Positions 8,341 through 16,765 of a stretch of DNA of 20,810 nt are shown piece by piece. Under the pieces are notes generated by a model. That model saw only the letters and a list, made by a program, of their open reading frames with translations. It was not told where the DNA came from and ran no database searches. Source of the DNA: Promethearchaeota archaeon (GTDB lineage: Archaea; Asgardarchaeota; Lokiarchaeia; Sigyniarchaeales; SOKP01); NCBI GenBank assembly GCA_016839745.1, contig JAEOTS010000061.1, positions 1 through 20,810 of the forward strand, written 5' to 3'. A program made the position numbers and the translations under genes. Each line of letters starts with the position of its first letter. Position 1 is the stretch's first letter.

Positions 8341-8375
8341 TTTTCTTAGTTAATTTTCTTAGACTATTTTCTTAG
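8341..8375. repeat. Three direct TTTTCTTAG repeats at 13-bp period in a divergent intergenic region
   Basis: Copies at 8341, 8354 and 8367. Confidence 0.75.
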
Positions 8376-8506
8376 ATTTATTAATATATTTAATTGAAAA
8401 CTGACAATTTCGGGATGAATTAAGTTATACCCAGATTGTTATCAGCTAGCTTACCTTTTGTTATAACAAAACATATTTTCTTGATTCCAAATTTGTTAGA
8501 AGGATG

Positions 8507-8534
8507 ATTAAGTTTAAAATGAACTATTGAATAA
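8507..8534 (+). promoter_or_regulatory. Conserved promoter motif ATTAAGTTTAAAA-N6-ATTGAATAA of paralog 2
   Basis: Matches 5023-5050; begins 68 nt upstream of ATG 8575. Confidence 0.7.
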
Positions 8535-8574
8535 ATATAATATAGGTATTGAAGTCAATATTATGTGATTAATA

Positions 8575-10536
8575 ATGCACTCAATTATGCAAATAGCAAA
8601 TGGTATCGGTTTATTAAATGCAGAAAGAATGAAGCAAAAAGGAATAAACTCGATAGAAAAACTCGCATCCTCTTCTGTCGAAGATTTGATTAAAATAGAT
8701 GGTATTGGAGTTAATAACGCGATAAGTTACATTGAACTCGCTAAGAAGCACCTAAAGAGTATGAGGACAAGAGAAAGAATCCAAAGTATTATTAAAAAAG
8801 ATAAACCTAAAGAAATCTCAAGTGCAGAAACGAAAACTTGCGATTTAATGCTCTTTGGAAGGAACCAACATAAGATTTCTATAAATTCTATAAAAAAACT
8901 CGCTTCATCTAATGTAGAAGATATTTCCAGAATAAAGGGTATTGAAATATCGAATGCAAAAAGGTACATCGATATTGCGATCAAATATCTTGAGAGTATG
9001 AGGATATCCGAAAGAGAAGAAGATATAGCAGAAATAAAACCCCTTAAACAGAAGAAAGAAATTAAAATACCACACGACTCAAAACTAAAAAAAGTTTCTG
9101 TTTCATCAAAATTAAAAATGAAGGAATATCCTCAAAAACGAGCTGTTAAAACGCAGGATATTGATGGTAAGTTGACAAAGAGAGCCAGTCATGGAATTGA
9201 TATAAAATCAGGTCAAAAAAAAAAACCGAAAAGCAGTCCATCAATTCTGAAAACCTTTTTCCCTTTAGTTACAATGCAAAAAATTCGTTTTTTACATTAT
9301 AAAATTAAAAATTTAGAACAAGCACTATGGAAAAATAAAGAGTTTTCCTCTTCTGAGCTTAATTATATTTTAGATTATATAAAAATCTTAAATGTGAATT
9401 ATAAAACCCAAAGTCAAATTAAGATCCTTAAAGAACTAGACATTTCTAATACTTTCTATGATCCTTTAGATAAAAAAGAAATTAGAATCTGGGATTTAAT
9501 ATTCGAATGTTCGCGCGTGTTATGGGTTTCAGCACTAGCGTATTCTTATCTTTCTAAAAAATACGAAGCAGAAAATTTAATGGAAAATGCAATAGTAGCT
9601 ATGGTAGAATGTAGTAAGATGTATAAAACTGCTGCCTATTTCAGTGCAGCATGTACTAGGCAAGAGGATAGGGGGTCTACATTATCTGTTGAGAATCTTG
9701 AATTAAATTCTGAAGAATCTCGAATACTCGCCCAAGCTCTTGCTACTACAAGTGAAGAAAATAAAAGAAATTATTCAATGGCAGCGAAATTATCAGCAGG
9801 ATTGAGCGCTTTGACCAAACGATTAGCATTTGTTCAGAGATCCGATAAAATCAAGGAAAATCAGTATAAAGCTCAATATCAGTATGACATAGGTAGAGCG
9901 TGCCATTTGAAAGCCAAATCCTTATTTATATTATCACCTGAGGAAAAAAATGAGGAAAGATTAGAAAAAATACAGAAGAAAGCAAACTATTACTACCACA
10001 AAGCAGAAGATTTATGGGAAAACATGCTACAAGAAGAAAAACTATACCCTTTTGAGAAAGATTGCATAATAAACAATTTGTCAATAGTAAATGATTATAT
10101 TATAGAAAACGACACGGAGCTTATAGACGATAGCGAAGCATTGGAAATTCAAGATCCGGAACCACTTATAATCGTTCCTGAAAATCTGGCCCCATTTATT
10201 CCAAGAACAATTAGTTACTTAACCGTATACAAACAAACAGATCTTAATTTTGACGCTTATTTACGTTATAAGAATTTAATGGCTGATGTTTTGGTAAATT
10301 TTAGTAAAGTAGAAGAGTTAAAAAACAGTAAAGCAGGTATCGGTCGAACTATAAAACAATTAAAAATTCTCTATGAGAATAACGATATCGATATAAACAG
10401 TTTTACCGAGCTCTTCGAAAAGTATTCAATAAAACTTGAAACTATTGAAAGTGCGATACAAGACATTAGGTCTCCTGTAAATAAAAAAGAAAGGAATAAG
10501 CTAAAATCACCATTAATTGAAACTACCGTAAGGTGA
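8575..10536 (+). CDS. HhH-domain protein (duplicated HhH unit) with Lys-rich linker, putative Bro1-like domain and steadiness-box-like hairpin (paralog 2)
   Basis: INSIEKLASSSVEDLIKIDGIG and a second unit INSIKKLASSNVEDISRIKGIE. C-terminal region shares long identical blocks with paralog 1, e.g. NAIVAMVECSKMYK, AAYFSAACTRQE, NLELNSEESRILAQ, IQDPEPLIIVPEN, KAGIGRT. Confidence 0.8.
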   Translation: MHSIMQIANGIGLLNAERMKQKGINSIEKLASSSVEDLIKIDGIGVNNAISYIELAKKHLKSMRTRERIQSIIKKDKPKEISSAETKTCDLMLFGRNQHKISINSIKKLASSNVEDISRIKGIEISNAKRYIDIAIKYLESMRISEREEDIAEIKPLKQKKEIKIPHDSKLKKVSVSSKLKMKEYPQKRAVKTQDIDGKLTKRASHGIDIKSGQKKKPKSSPSILKTFFPLVTMQKIRFLHYKIKNLEQALWKNKEFSSSELNYILDYIKILNVNYKTQSQIKILKELDISNTFYDPLDKKEIRIWDLIFECSRVLWVSALAYSYLSKKYEAENLMENAIVAMVECSKMYKTAAYFSAACTRQEDRGSTLSVENLELNSEESRILAQALATTSEENKRNYSMAAKLSAGLSALTKRLAFVQRSDKIKENQYKAQYQYDIGRACHLKAKSLFILSPEEKNEERLEKIQKKANYYYHKAEDLWENMLQEEKLYPFEKDCIINNLSIVNDYIIENDTELIDDSEALEIQDPEPLIIVPENLAPFIPRTISYLTVYKQTDLNFDAYLRYKNLMADVLVNFSKVEELKNSKAGIGRTIKQLKILYENNDIDINSFTELFEKYSIKLETIESAIQDIRSPVNKKERNKLKSPLIETTVR

Positions 10537-11033
10537 CTCCTATATCGAAATTGAAAAAGTACCTTAAGACAAGCATATTTTATGTCATATTAGGAATTAT
10601 ATTAATTATTTATTTTTATAATCGATTATGGGGAATATACCTGGCAAGTTTTGTTTTCGTAGTATACTTAGTATTTTTTTTAATTTCACTTTCTTCTAAG
10701 AAAAGACTTCTAAAAATAATTCGAGAATATCCAATTATAAGCGACAAAGAAATTTCTCATAAATTGGAGCGTCCTTTAGACGACGTTAGGAATATTCTAT
10801 TCTCGTTATCTAAAAATCAGAAAAAGAAAAAATGGTTAGTAGTGTTTCTGAATACACGGTATATATTTCTCAACGAACAAGCAGTTGAGAATTTTAAACA
10901 ACTATACAATATGGGATACAATGAAAAAAAGATTCTAGAACATTTACAACGTAACACAAGAATCAAATCCAGAGCTGAAGTAAAAGCTATTGAACTCACT
11001 CTTGCCAATCAACATAGACTTAAAAAAGAGTAG
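10533..11033 (+). CDS. Two-TM membrane protein with cytoplasmic winged-helix/HTH-like domain(s)
   Basis: GTG start overlaps the upstream stop (GTGA). Two hydrophobic helices at aa ~15-54, then LLKIIREYPIISDKEISHKLERPLDDVRNILFSL (HTH pattern) and beta-wing-like WLVVFLNTRYIFL. Confidence 0.7.
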   Translation: MTPISKLKKYLKTSIFYVILGIILIIYFYNRLWGIYLASFVFVVYLVFFLISLSSKKRLLKIIREYPIISDKEISHKLERPLDDVRNILFSLSKNQKKKKWLVVFLNTRYIFLNEQAVENFKQLYNMGYNEKKILEHLQRNTRIKSRAEVKAIELTLANQHRLKKE

Positions 11034-11039
11034 TTGCAG

Positions 11040-12167
11040 CTAATTTAGCCCTTTAAATTTCTCTAATAATTTTCTCTGTTCTTCAGTTACTTTTTTCGGA
11101 ATTTCAACAGTAACTACTACGTATTGATCCCCTTTTCCTTTTCCCCTTAGATACATAGCCCCCCTATTTTTAATTCTAAATTCCGTCCCATGTTGGGTTC
11201 CCGGGGGTATTTTTAATTCCTTTTCGGTTAATTTTTCATTTTTATAATCTAAAGTTGGAACATTTAGTTCTCCACCTAAAATAGCAGTAACGATATCAAT
11301 GTCAATTTGAGTAAAAAGATCGTTTCCACGACGTATAAATTGGTCGTTTTCTTCAACTCTTATACCTAAATAGAGATCACCTGGAATAGCTCTGCTAGAT
11401 GGGATGTGACCTGCGCCTTGAACTTTTAAATGGACGCCATTTTCTACACCAGGAGGAGTCTTTACGTGAATTGTTTTAGTTTCAGCAACTACTTTTCTCC
11501 CGTTACATACTGGACACTTCTTCTTAATAATTTTGCCTGTACCATTACAAGTATAGCATTCAGCTTCACGAATGATTGTACCGAATCCAGATTGAGTCAT
11601 TTTTCTCACTCTACCTGAACCTTGGCATTCTGTACATGTCTTTATACTTGAAGGATCCTCAGCACCAGTTCCCTCGCACTCGTCGCAAGGTGTGTATCTT
11701 TGAATAACTACGTCCTTTTTCGAACCAAACATCGCTTCTTCGAAAGTAATCTCTACAAAATCTTCGATATCTTGCCCTACTTCTCGCCGAGGGGCTGATC
11801 TTGCCCTACCTCGGGAGCCAAAAATGCTTCCAAATCCAAAATCATCTCCTCCAAACATGCCCCCTCCAAATATTGATCTGAGTAATTCATCAATACCCGG
11901 GATTCCTCCTCTCATAAAACTACTCATATCAACATCAACGCCACTAAAACCGTATCTATCGTAATTATTTCGTTTGTTTGCATCGCTTAGGACTTCGTAA
12001 GCTTCTTGAAGTTCGATAAACTTTTCCTTAGCTTTAGGATCAGTCTTATTAAGATCTGGATGGAGTTGCCTTGCTAAACGCCTGTACGCAAGTTTAATAT
12101 CGTTTTCGCTCGCATTCTTATCTACTCCTAATACTTCGTAGTAATCTCGCTTTTTATTTGAACTCAT
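11040..12167 (-). CDS. dnaJ: Chaperone DnaJ (class A Hsp40)
   Basis: [13 protein letters not shown] motif, G/F-rich region, four zinc-finger repeats ([32 protein letters not shown]), IPPGTQHG. Confidence 0.98.
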   Translation of the reverse strand: MSSNKKRDYYEVLGVDKNASENDIKLAYRRLARQLHPDLNKTDPKAKEKFIELQEAYEVLSDANKRNNYDRYGFSGVDVDMSSFMRGGIPGIDELLRSIFGGGMFGGDDFGFGSIFGSRGRARSAPRREVGQDIEDFVEITFEEAMFGSKKDVVIQRYTPCDECEGTGAEDPSSIKTCTECQGSGRVRKMTQSGFGTIIREAECYTCNGTGKIIKKKCPVCNGRKVVAETKTIHVKTPPGVENGVHLKVQGAGHIPSSRAIPGDLYLGIRVEENDQFIRRGNDLFTQIDIDIVTAILGGELNVPTLDYKNEKLTEKELKIPPGTQHGTEFRIKNRGAMYLRGKGKGDQYVVVTVEIPKKVTEEQRKLLEKFKGLN

Positions 12168-12358
12168 TATCTAATTGCCACGTTATGATCTCTGATAAGT
12201 TAAAATTCTATTTACTAGAATTAATTATGAAATTTATCTTTTTAGGTGATAGGATATCTAACAAGAAATATTTAAACTTTTAAAAAATAATACTTATAAG
12301 GAACTCAAAATATAAGAAAAAGAAATAAAATAGAGTAATTTCACGTAACAGCGGGATT

Positions 12359-14365
12359 TTATTCGTCAGATTCTTCCCAATCTACGTCTACAACACGTTT
12401 CTTGTCTTTCTTCTTTTTATCTTGCTCCGCTTTATATGATGCTCCACCAGCACCAGCACCACCCATATCACCAGGTGGGACTCCGCCCATTCCTCCCGGA
12501 GGCATACCTCCCATTCCACTCGCTGCTTGTTGGGCCTGTTGAGCTGCTTGCTGATACACTTGGTCTTGAGATTGCTGCGAATAAATCCTTTGAGAGAAGC
12601 CATGCATTGATTTTTGAAGATTTTCTACTCCCAATTTAATTCTCTGAAGGTCGTCTGTTTTAATATCTTCTTCAAGAGATTTAAGAGCCCCTTCTATCTC
12701 GGTTTTCTCATTTTCTTCGAGCTTATCCTTGTTCTCTTCCATTAATTTTCTAGTCTGGTAGATCATCGAATCTGCGTTATTTTTAGCTTCGATTAATTCT
12801 TTGATTTTTTGATCTTCCTCTTCAAATTGTTCGGCGTTTCTTACTTTCTCTTCAATTTCTTCCGGCGTTAAGCCTTTTGCTCCTGTAACTGTAATACCTG
12901 TTTCTTTACCAGTCCCTAAATCTTTGGCAGTGACGTGAACAATACCGTCTGCATCGATCGAAAATTTCACTTCTATTTGCGGAATTCCTCGAGGCGCAGG
13001 TGGTATACCCGTAAGGTGAAACATACCTAATGGGATATTATCTTTTGCCATTGCTCTCTCTCCTTGCAATACATTAATTGTGACAGCTGGTTGATTATCT
13101 GCAGCAGTACTAAAAATTTGTTGTTTCTCTGTTGGTATGGTAGAGTTTCTCTCTATTAGTTTAGTAAAGACCCCTCCTAAAGTTTCAACTCCTAAGGAAA
13201 GAGGTGTGACATCTAATAATAGAAGATCATCAACATCACCAGCTATTATTCCCCCTTGAATTGCAGCTCCAATTGCAACGCATTCCATAGGATCAACTGA
13301 ATGTTCTGGTTCTTTACCAAAGAAATCTTTAAATCTCTTCTGAACAGAAGGCATTCTTGTTGGACCACCAACTAAAATTACTTTGTCTACGCTACTTGCT
13401 GGCATTTTAGCATCGGAAATAGCTCTCTTCATAATAGGATCTAGTCTTCTTAAAGTTGGTTCAATTAACTGTTCTAAATTTGCTCTTGTCAATTCAACTT
13501 CGATATGAACTGGGTTTCCATCTTTTTGAGTAATATAAGGTAAGTTAATTTGAGTATTTAGAGCGGTAGATAATTCGATTTTTGCTTTCTCAGCAGCATC
13601 TTTAATTCTAATCATTGCTTTACTGTCTCCCTTAAGATCGATCCCCTCTCTCTTTTGAAAGTTACCAGATACCCAATCTATAATCGCGTTATCCATGTCA
13701 GTTCCGCCCAATTGAGTATCTCCCGCAGTAGACAGAACTTCAACTACTCCTTCTCCGTACTCCATAATAGTGATGTCGAAGGTTCCACCTCCTAAGTCTA
13801 AAACGCAAATCTTTAATAATTTATTTTTTGTATCTTTATCGAGACCGTAAGCTAAACACGCTGCTGTAGGCTCGTTAATCATCCGTACAACCTCAAGACC
13901 AGCGATCTCACCAGCGTTCTTAGTGGCTGTTCTTTGGGCATCGTTGAAGTAAGCAGGAACTGTAATAACAGCTTTTTTTACTTCTTGACCAAGATATGCA
14001 CTTGCGTCGTTTTTTATTTTCTTGAGGATCATCGCAGAAATCTCTTCTGGGGCAAATTCTTTCCATTCAGCTCCAACTTTTATTTTAGCCTTATACGATA
14101 AGCCCATTTTACGCTTAATTGCTGTAACTGTCCCATCAGGATTAGATACTGCTTGCCTTCTAGCTGGTTCACCTACAATTTTTCTACCACTCTCATCAAA
14201 TGCTACATATGAAGGAAATGCCTTGCCCCCTAAAGTTCGTCCTTCGGCAGCAGGAACAATTTCAGGTTGACCAGTGCCGCTTAAAACCGCACACGCGCTA
14301 TTAGATGTCCCTAAATCGATTCCAATAATCTTTTCTTTTCTCTTTGGTTTACTTTCTTCACTCAT
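12359..14365 (-). CDS. dnaK: Chaperone DnaK (Hsp70)
   Basis: [64 protein letters not shown]. Confidence 0.99.
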   Translation of the reverse strand: MSEESKPKRKEKIIGIDLGTSNSACAVLSGTGQPEIVPAAEGRTLGGKAFPSYVAFDESGRKIVGEPARRQAVSNPDGTVTAIKRKMGLSYKAKIKVGAEWKEFAPEEISAMILKKIKNDASAYLGQEVKKAVITVPAYFNDAQRTATKNAGEIAGLEVVRMINEPTAACLAYGLDKDTKNKLLKICVLDLGGGTFDITIMEYGEGVVEVLSTAGDTQLGGTDMDNAIIDWVSGNFQKREGIDLKGDSKAMIRIKDAAEKAKIELSTALNTQINLPYITQKDGNPVHIEVELTRANLEQLIEPTLRRLDPIMKRAISDAKMPASSVDKVILVGGPTRMPSVQKRFKDFFGKEPEHSVDPMECVAIGAAIQGGIIAGDVDDLLLLDVTPLSLGVETLGGVFTKLIERNSTIPTEKQQIFSTAADNQPAVTINVLQGERAMAKDNIPLGMFHLTGIPPAPRGIPQIEVKFSIDADGIVHVTAKDLGTGKETGITVTGAKGLTPEEIEEKVRNAEQFEEEDQKIKELIEAKNNADSMIYQTRKLMEENKDKLEENEKTEIEGALKSLEEDIKTDDLQRIKLGVENLQKSMHGFSQRIYSQQSQDQVYQQAAQQAQQAASGMGGMPPGGMGGVPPGDMGGAGAGGASYKAEQDKKKKDKKRVVDVDWEESDE

Positions 14366-14597
14366 AATAAATAATCACTAAATTCATTCGATTAAGTTAT
14401 TTTTTTCTGAGTACATTCTATTATAATAATAATTTATCCTTAAAATTAAATTTTTCTTATAATGATCTATAAATCACGAAAAATGATAAAAATTTTATTT
14501 TATTATAATTTACTTAAATTACCCTAACACATTAAAACATACAATTTTTACGAATTAAATGTAAAAAAAACTTATTGAATATTTATTGTCAGCAAAA

Positions 14598-15437
14598 ATG
14601 ACTCGAAAAAAGAAGGATAAAGAAAAAATGAGCGATGAATCGACAAAAAAGGATAAAACGAAATCATCTAAGGAAGAGAATATGGAATCTAAAGAAGGAG
14701 ATTTAAGTAAAACTAAAGAGGAAGAAGAAGAGCAAGATGTTAAACTTCTAGAGGGTGAAGAACAGAAAGTTCTCGAATACCTTGATCTTGATGACCTCAT
14801 CTCGAAGTATAATGTCCTTAAAGAAAATAATAAAAAAGATAAAGAACTCCTCGCTAAGCATCAAAAAGAAAGTGAAAATTGGAAAAGTAAACACATGAGA
14901 CTTCAAGCTGAGTTTGATAACGCTCAAAAACGATGGAATAAAAACCGGCAAAATTTAAGAAAAGAATACATAGGTTACACTTTAAAATCATTTCTACCTT
15001 TGTATGATTCCTTTAAAAAAGCGCTAGACGGCGACGATGAAAATCAAGCTTTTTTAAAGCAATTCTATGACCAATTCATGGGCATTTTAAAATTTCACAA
15101 AGCAGAACCAATTAACGTCAAAATTAACGATCCTTTTGACTATTCTAACCATGAAGCGTTGAGTTCTCTAGAAAGAGATGATCTTCCTAATAATTCGATT
15201 ATAGAAATCATTCAAGACGGTTGGAAAATAGATAATGCTATATTACGTTATGCTAAAGTTATAATCTCCAAGGAACCTAAACCACCAGAGCCTGAACCTG
15301 TCGAGGAAGAACAGCAGAAGCAAATTGAGGAAATTAAAGAGGAAATACCTAAGGAAGAAATCACCGTTGAGGTTGAAACAGATGACAAAAAATCTCAGAA
15401 CCAAGATACTAAAGCTGAAAACGAGTACGTTTCTTAA
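14598..15437 (+). CDS. grpE: Nucleotide exchange factor GrpE with long charged N- and C-terminal extensions
   Basis: RLQAEFDNAQKR, FLPLYDSFKKAL, FDYSNHEAL, IIQDGWKIDNAILRYAKVII. Start uncertain (TTG 14586, ATG 14598 or ATG 14628). Confidence 0.93.
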   Translation: MTRKKKDKEKMSDESTKKDKTKSSKEENMESKEGDLSKTKEEEEEQDVKLLEGEEQKVLEYLDLDDLISKYNVLKENNKKDKELLAKHQKESENWKSKHMRLQAEFDNAQKRWNKNRQNLRKEYIGYTLKSFLPLYDSFKKALDGDDENQAFLKQFYDQFMGILKFHKAEPINVKINDPFDYSNHEALSSLERDDLPNNSIIEIIQDGWKIDNAILRYAKVIISKEPKPPEPEPVEEEQQKQIEEIKEEIPKEEITVEVETDDKKSQNQDTKAENEYVS

Positions 15438-15515
15438 ATTATTTAAAATTATTTAAAATTTCTTGTTCCTTAATCATCTTTAGTTAGAAATCAACTCTCT
15501 CTAAAAAAATCAATC

Positions 15516-15565
15516 AAGAATTCTTAAAAACCTAACTCATAAGTATTCTTAAAAACCTAACTTAT
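15516..15565. repeat. Tandem 25-bp duplication between grpE and pirin
   Basis: AAGAATTCTTAAAAACCTAACTCAT / AAGTATTCTTAAAAACCTAACTTAT, 23/25 identical. Confidence 0.85.
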
Positions 15566-15718
15566 CAAATCTCTTCTTATTTATTATGAGCAATAATTTA
15601 TTAATTCAATATTTGTGGGGAGATTACATTATGATTTATAATAAAAACTTTTTATTACTTGAGTTTAGATATGTAAACTTAGTACAATAGGAAAAATACT
15701 AAATAAGAGAGATAACTT

Positions 15719-16576
15719 ATGTCAAAAATCCGAGAAGTAAGTGTAACTTTAAAAAGTAGAGCAACAATGGAGGGAGCGGGAGTTAGGTTGAAACGAGCGT
15801 TTGGATATTCTGATCCATCATTAGATCCATTTTTACTTTTAGACGATTTCCGTTCAGATGATCCGAACGATTATTTAGCAGGATTTCCATGGCACCCTCA
15901 TCGAGGAATCGAAACGATTACTTATATGCTTCATGGGCAAGTTGAGCATGGAGATAGTATGGGCAATAGTGGAGTTATTGGAGCTGGTGATGTTCAGTGG
16001 ATGACCGCTGGGAGCGGGATAATACATCAAGAGATGCCGAAGAAAAATGTAGATGATCCTGTCTTAGCTGGCTTTCAATTGTGGGCAAATCTTCCTGCGT
16101 CTCATAAAATGATGGACCCCCGCTATCGAGATATAACAAAAGAACAGATTCCCGAAGTTATCGTAAACGATAGCGTGAAAGTAAAAATAATTTGTGGGGA
16201 AATAAATGGCGTCAAAGGACCCGTGCAAGATATTGTAACTGATCCAGAATATCTAGATGTTTCTATAGAGCCAAATTCTGAATTTAGACACACAATAGAT
16301 AATACTCATAATGTTTTTGCGTATGTTATAGAAGGAGAGGCGATTTATGATCCAATCAAGAATGAAATTGTTGGTGCAGAGCACCTTGTAATTTATCGAG
16401 AGGGGGACGAAGCTTTAATTCAAACTAAAGATAAACCCGTTAGATTTCTTTTGATATCTGGTAAGCCAATAGGGGAACCTGTCGCGTGGCAAGGTCCGAT
16501 TGTTATGAATACGGAAGAAGAATTAAGAATTGCTTTTAATGAATACAATAAAGGAACATTTATTAAACATAAATAA
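15719..16576 (+). CDS. Pirin family protein (bicupin)
   Basis: DPFLLLDDF, GFPWHPHRGIETITY, VQWMTAGSGIIHQEMP, GFQLWANLP, GPIVMNT. Confidence 0.97.
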   Translation: MSKIREVSVTLKSRATMEGAGVRLKRAFGYSDPSLDPFLLLDDFRSDDPNDYLAGFPWHPHRGIETITYMLHGQVEHGDSMGNSGVIGAGDVQWMTAGSGIIHQEMPKKNVDDPVLAGFQLWANLPASHKMMDPRYRDITKEQIPEVIVNDSVKVKIICGEINGVKGPVQDIVTDPEYLDVSIEPNSEFRHTIDNTHNVFAYVIEGEAIYDPIKNEIVGAEHLVIYREGDEALIQTKDKPVRFLLISGKPIGEPVAWQGPIVMNTEEELRIAFNEYNKGTFIKHK

Positions 16577-16765
16577 TCACCCTAGCTTTACATTATACAC
16601 TTCCCACCCAAGTGGATTAAAATCCTAATTTACACGCTAAAAATAAAAAGCTAGCTATTTCTTAATCTATAATTTAGGTGTAATAATCTAAAATGTGGTG
16701 GTAAATTATGTCATTAGATTTAAATACTATTTTAACAAGTACATAAGACATATAGAGGAGAAAAT

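Noticed and set aside
5091-10536. RadA/Rad51 annotation for the HhH paralogs
   Set aside because: Only the N-terminal HhH unit is similar; no Walker A/B RecA-type ATPase domain is present.
14366-14597. CIRCE heat-shock operator
   Set aside because: No TTAGCACTC-N9-GAGTGCTAA match visible.
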